From Malacoraja senta (taxonomy: Eukaryota), in the NCBI GenBank assembly GCA_038087875.1, contig CM075990.1:15316001-15380000 (forward strand): DNA of 64,000 bases. The letters run 5' to 3'. Below the pieces are notes generated by a model. That model made no database searches. It was not told the DNA's origin and saw only the letters and a list, made by a program, of their open reading frames with translations. Of the stretch, positions 62,966-64,000 are shown one piece after another. How positions within the stretch are numbered: the first letter of the stretch is position 1; the number at the start of each line of letters is the position of its first letter. The position numbers and the translations under genes were made by a program.

Positions 62966-64000
62966 CCCTGAACCTTCTTGAACCTAATTGAGGTTCAGTA
63001 AGCCTTCCCTGAATTGCTAATGCAGTAACATTATGAAGTGAGGGGGACAATTCTGTACTTCATACTCCAGACATGGTCTCAGCAATATAACTGAAGCACA
63101 CTCTCTCTATGCAAACAAATACCCTATCATAAATGAAAACATTATGTTACCTTTACTAATTACTTGTTCTGGTTACATACTAGCCTTTTTGGTAACTAGC
63201 CTTCATGTACCAGGACACAAATATCTCTCTGCATCTCAGAGATCTATAATCTCCCAACATTGTAAAGGGAAGGTTTAGAGGATATGGCCCAAATGGGCCT
63301 AACTTGGATGGAGCCACTTGTTCAGCATGGATGAGCTGGGCCGAAGGGCATGTTTCCATGCTGTGTGACTCTGACTCCATGTACTCTTCATTTTTATTTT
63401 CAAGATGGACATATGCTCTATTTCCTACATTATTTTCCATCTGTCAGCCTTTGCCTACCTTCTTAACCTTTCTAGTTCCCTTTGTATTCATTCCCCTTAT
63501 ATCACTTCACAACATAGGGTTTCTCCTTAGAGGGCAAAAGAGACTGCAGGTGCTGGAATGTGGAATTAAAAAAACAGAATGCTGGAAGAACTCAGCGGGT
63601 CAAGCAGCAACTGTGGAAGCAGAAGATGCAGCTCAAGACCTTGCATAAGGACTGAGAGAGAAGGGGAAAGATTGCCTGTGTACAGCGGCATGAGGGAGGG
63701 GATAAAGACAAAGGCTGGTTGGTGAGAAGTTGGTGAGGATCTGACTGGTAGTGGCATCATATTGGATTAGTTTCTTACATGCCTCTATCAACCTTGTCTA
63801 TCAATATGTGCCTCCATCTCCTTCAGTTACATAAGTTGTATAACGTTGTGGTCCTTGTAACAATCACTGAGGCACATTACCCATTACTTATTCCAAACAG
63901 CCCATTTATACTGAAAACAGCCCATTTATACTAGAGACCACAGCTTTAAGGTGTAAGGGCAAAATTGAAAGGAAACTTCTGGGACATGTTTTTGGTTTAC

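Noticed and set aside
241..63730. Recurring palindromic ~30-nt motif as a CRISPR-like array
   Set aside because: Dispersed, in both orientations, without regular spacers, in vertebrate DNA. It is explained by Penelope pLTRs.

Overview
Eukaryotic, repeat-rich vertebrate DNA. The repeat complement (HE1-type tRNA SINEs, HER1/CR1 LINE 3' ends) points to a cartilaginous fish, probably a skate or ray (inference). The only host protein-coding sequence I can support is the terminal coding exon of LRMDA (C10orf11) at 56943-57022 (+). It is not translated in the ORF track because it has no start codon. It reads (G)[25 protein letters not shown]. About 57 kb upstream is therefore probably the gene's very long last intron, which lies in the ZNF503/LRMDA conserved-enhancer landscape. 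It is followed by a 3' UTR and downstream DNA. The rest is transposon debris: CR1 LINEs (two near-identical young copies), HE1 SINEs, PIF/Harbinger MITEs, an internally deleted RTE, HERO-like, Rex1/Babar, L2, hAT and Gypsy fragments, and an unclassified CpG-rich 870-bp retroposon in two copies. The most interesting signal is more than 25 Penelope-derived pLTR fragments, often palindromic. Most carry a minimal, dimer-type hammerhead ribozyme motif (CTGAAGA-A-GGGTC-TC-GACCC-GAAACGTC), and two remain attached to a Penelope GIY-YIG C-terminus. One copy (52499-52536, minus strand) has a complete fold with a 5-bp stem I. Family names come from recalled consensus motifs, not database searches, and repeat boundaries are approximate unless a TSD is given.
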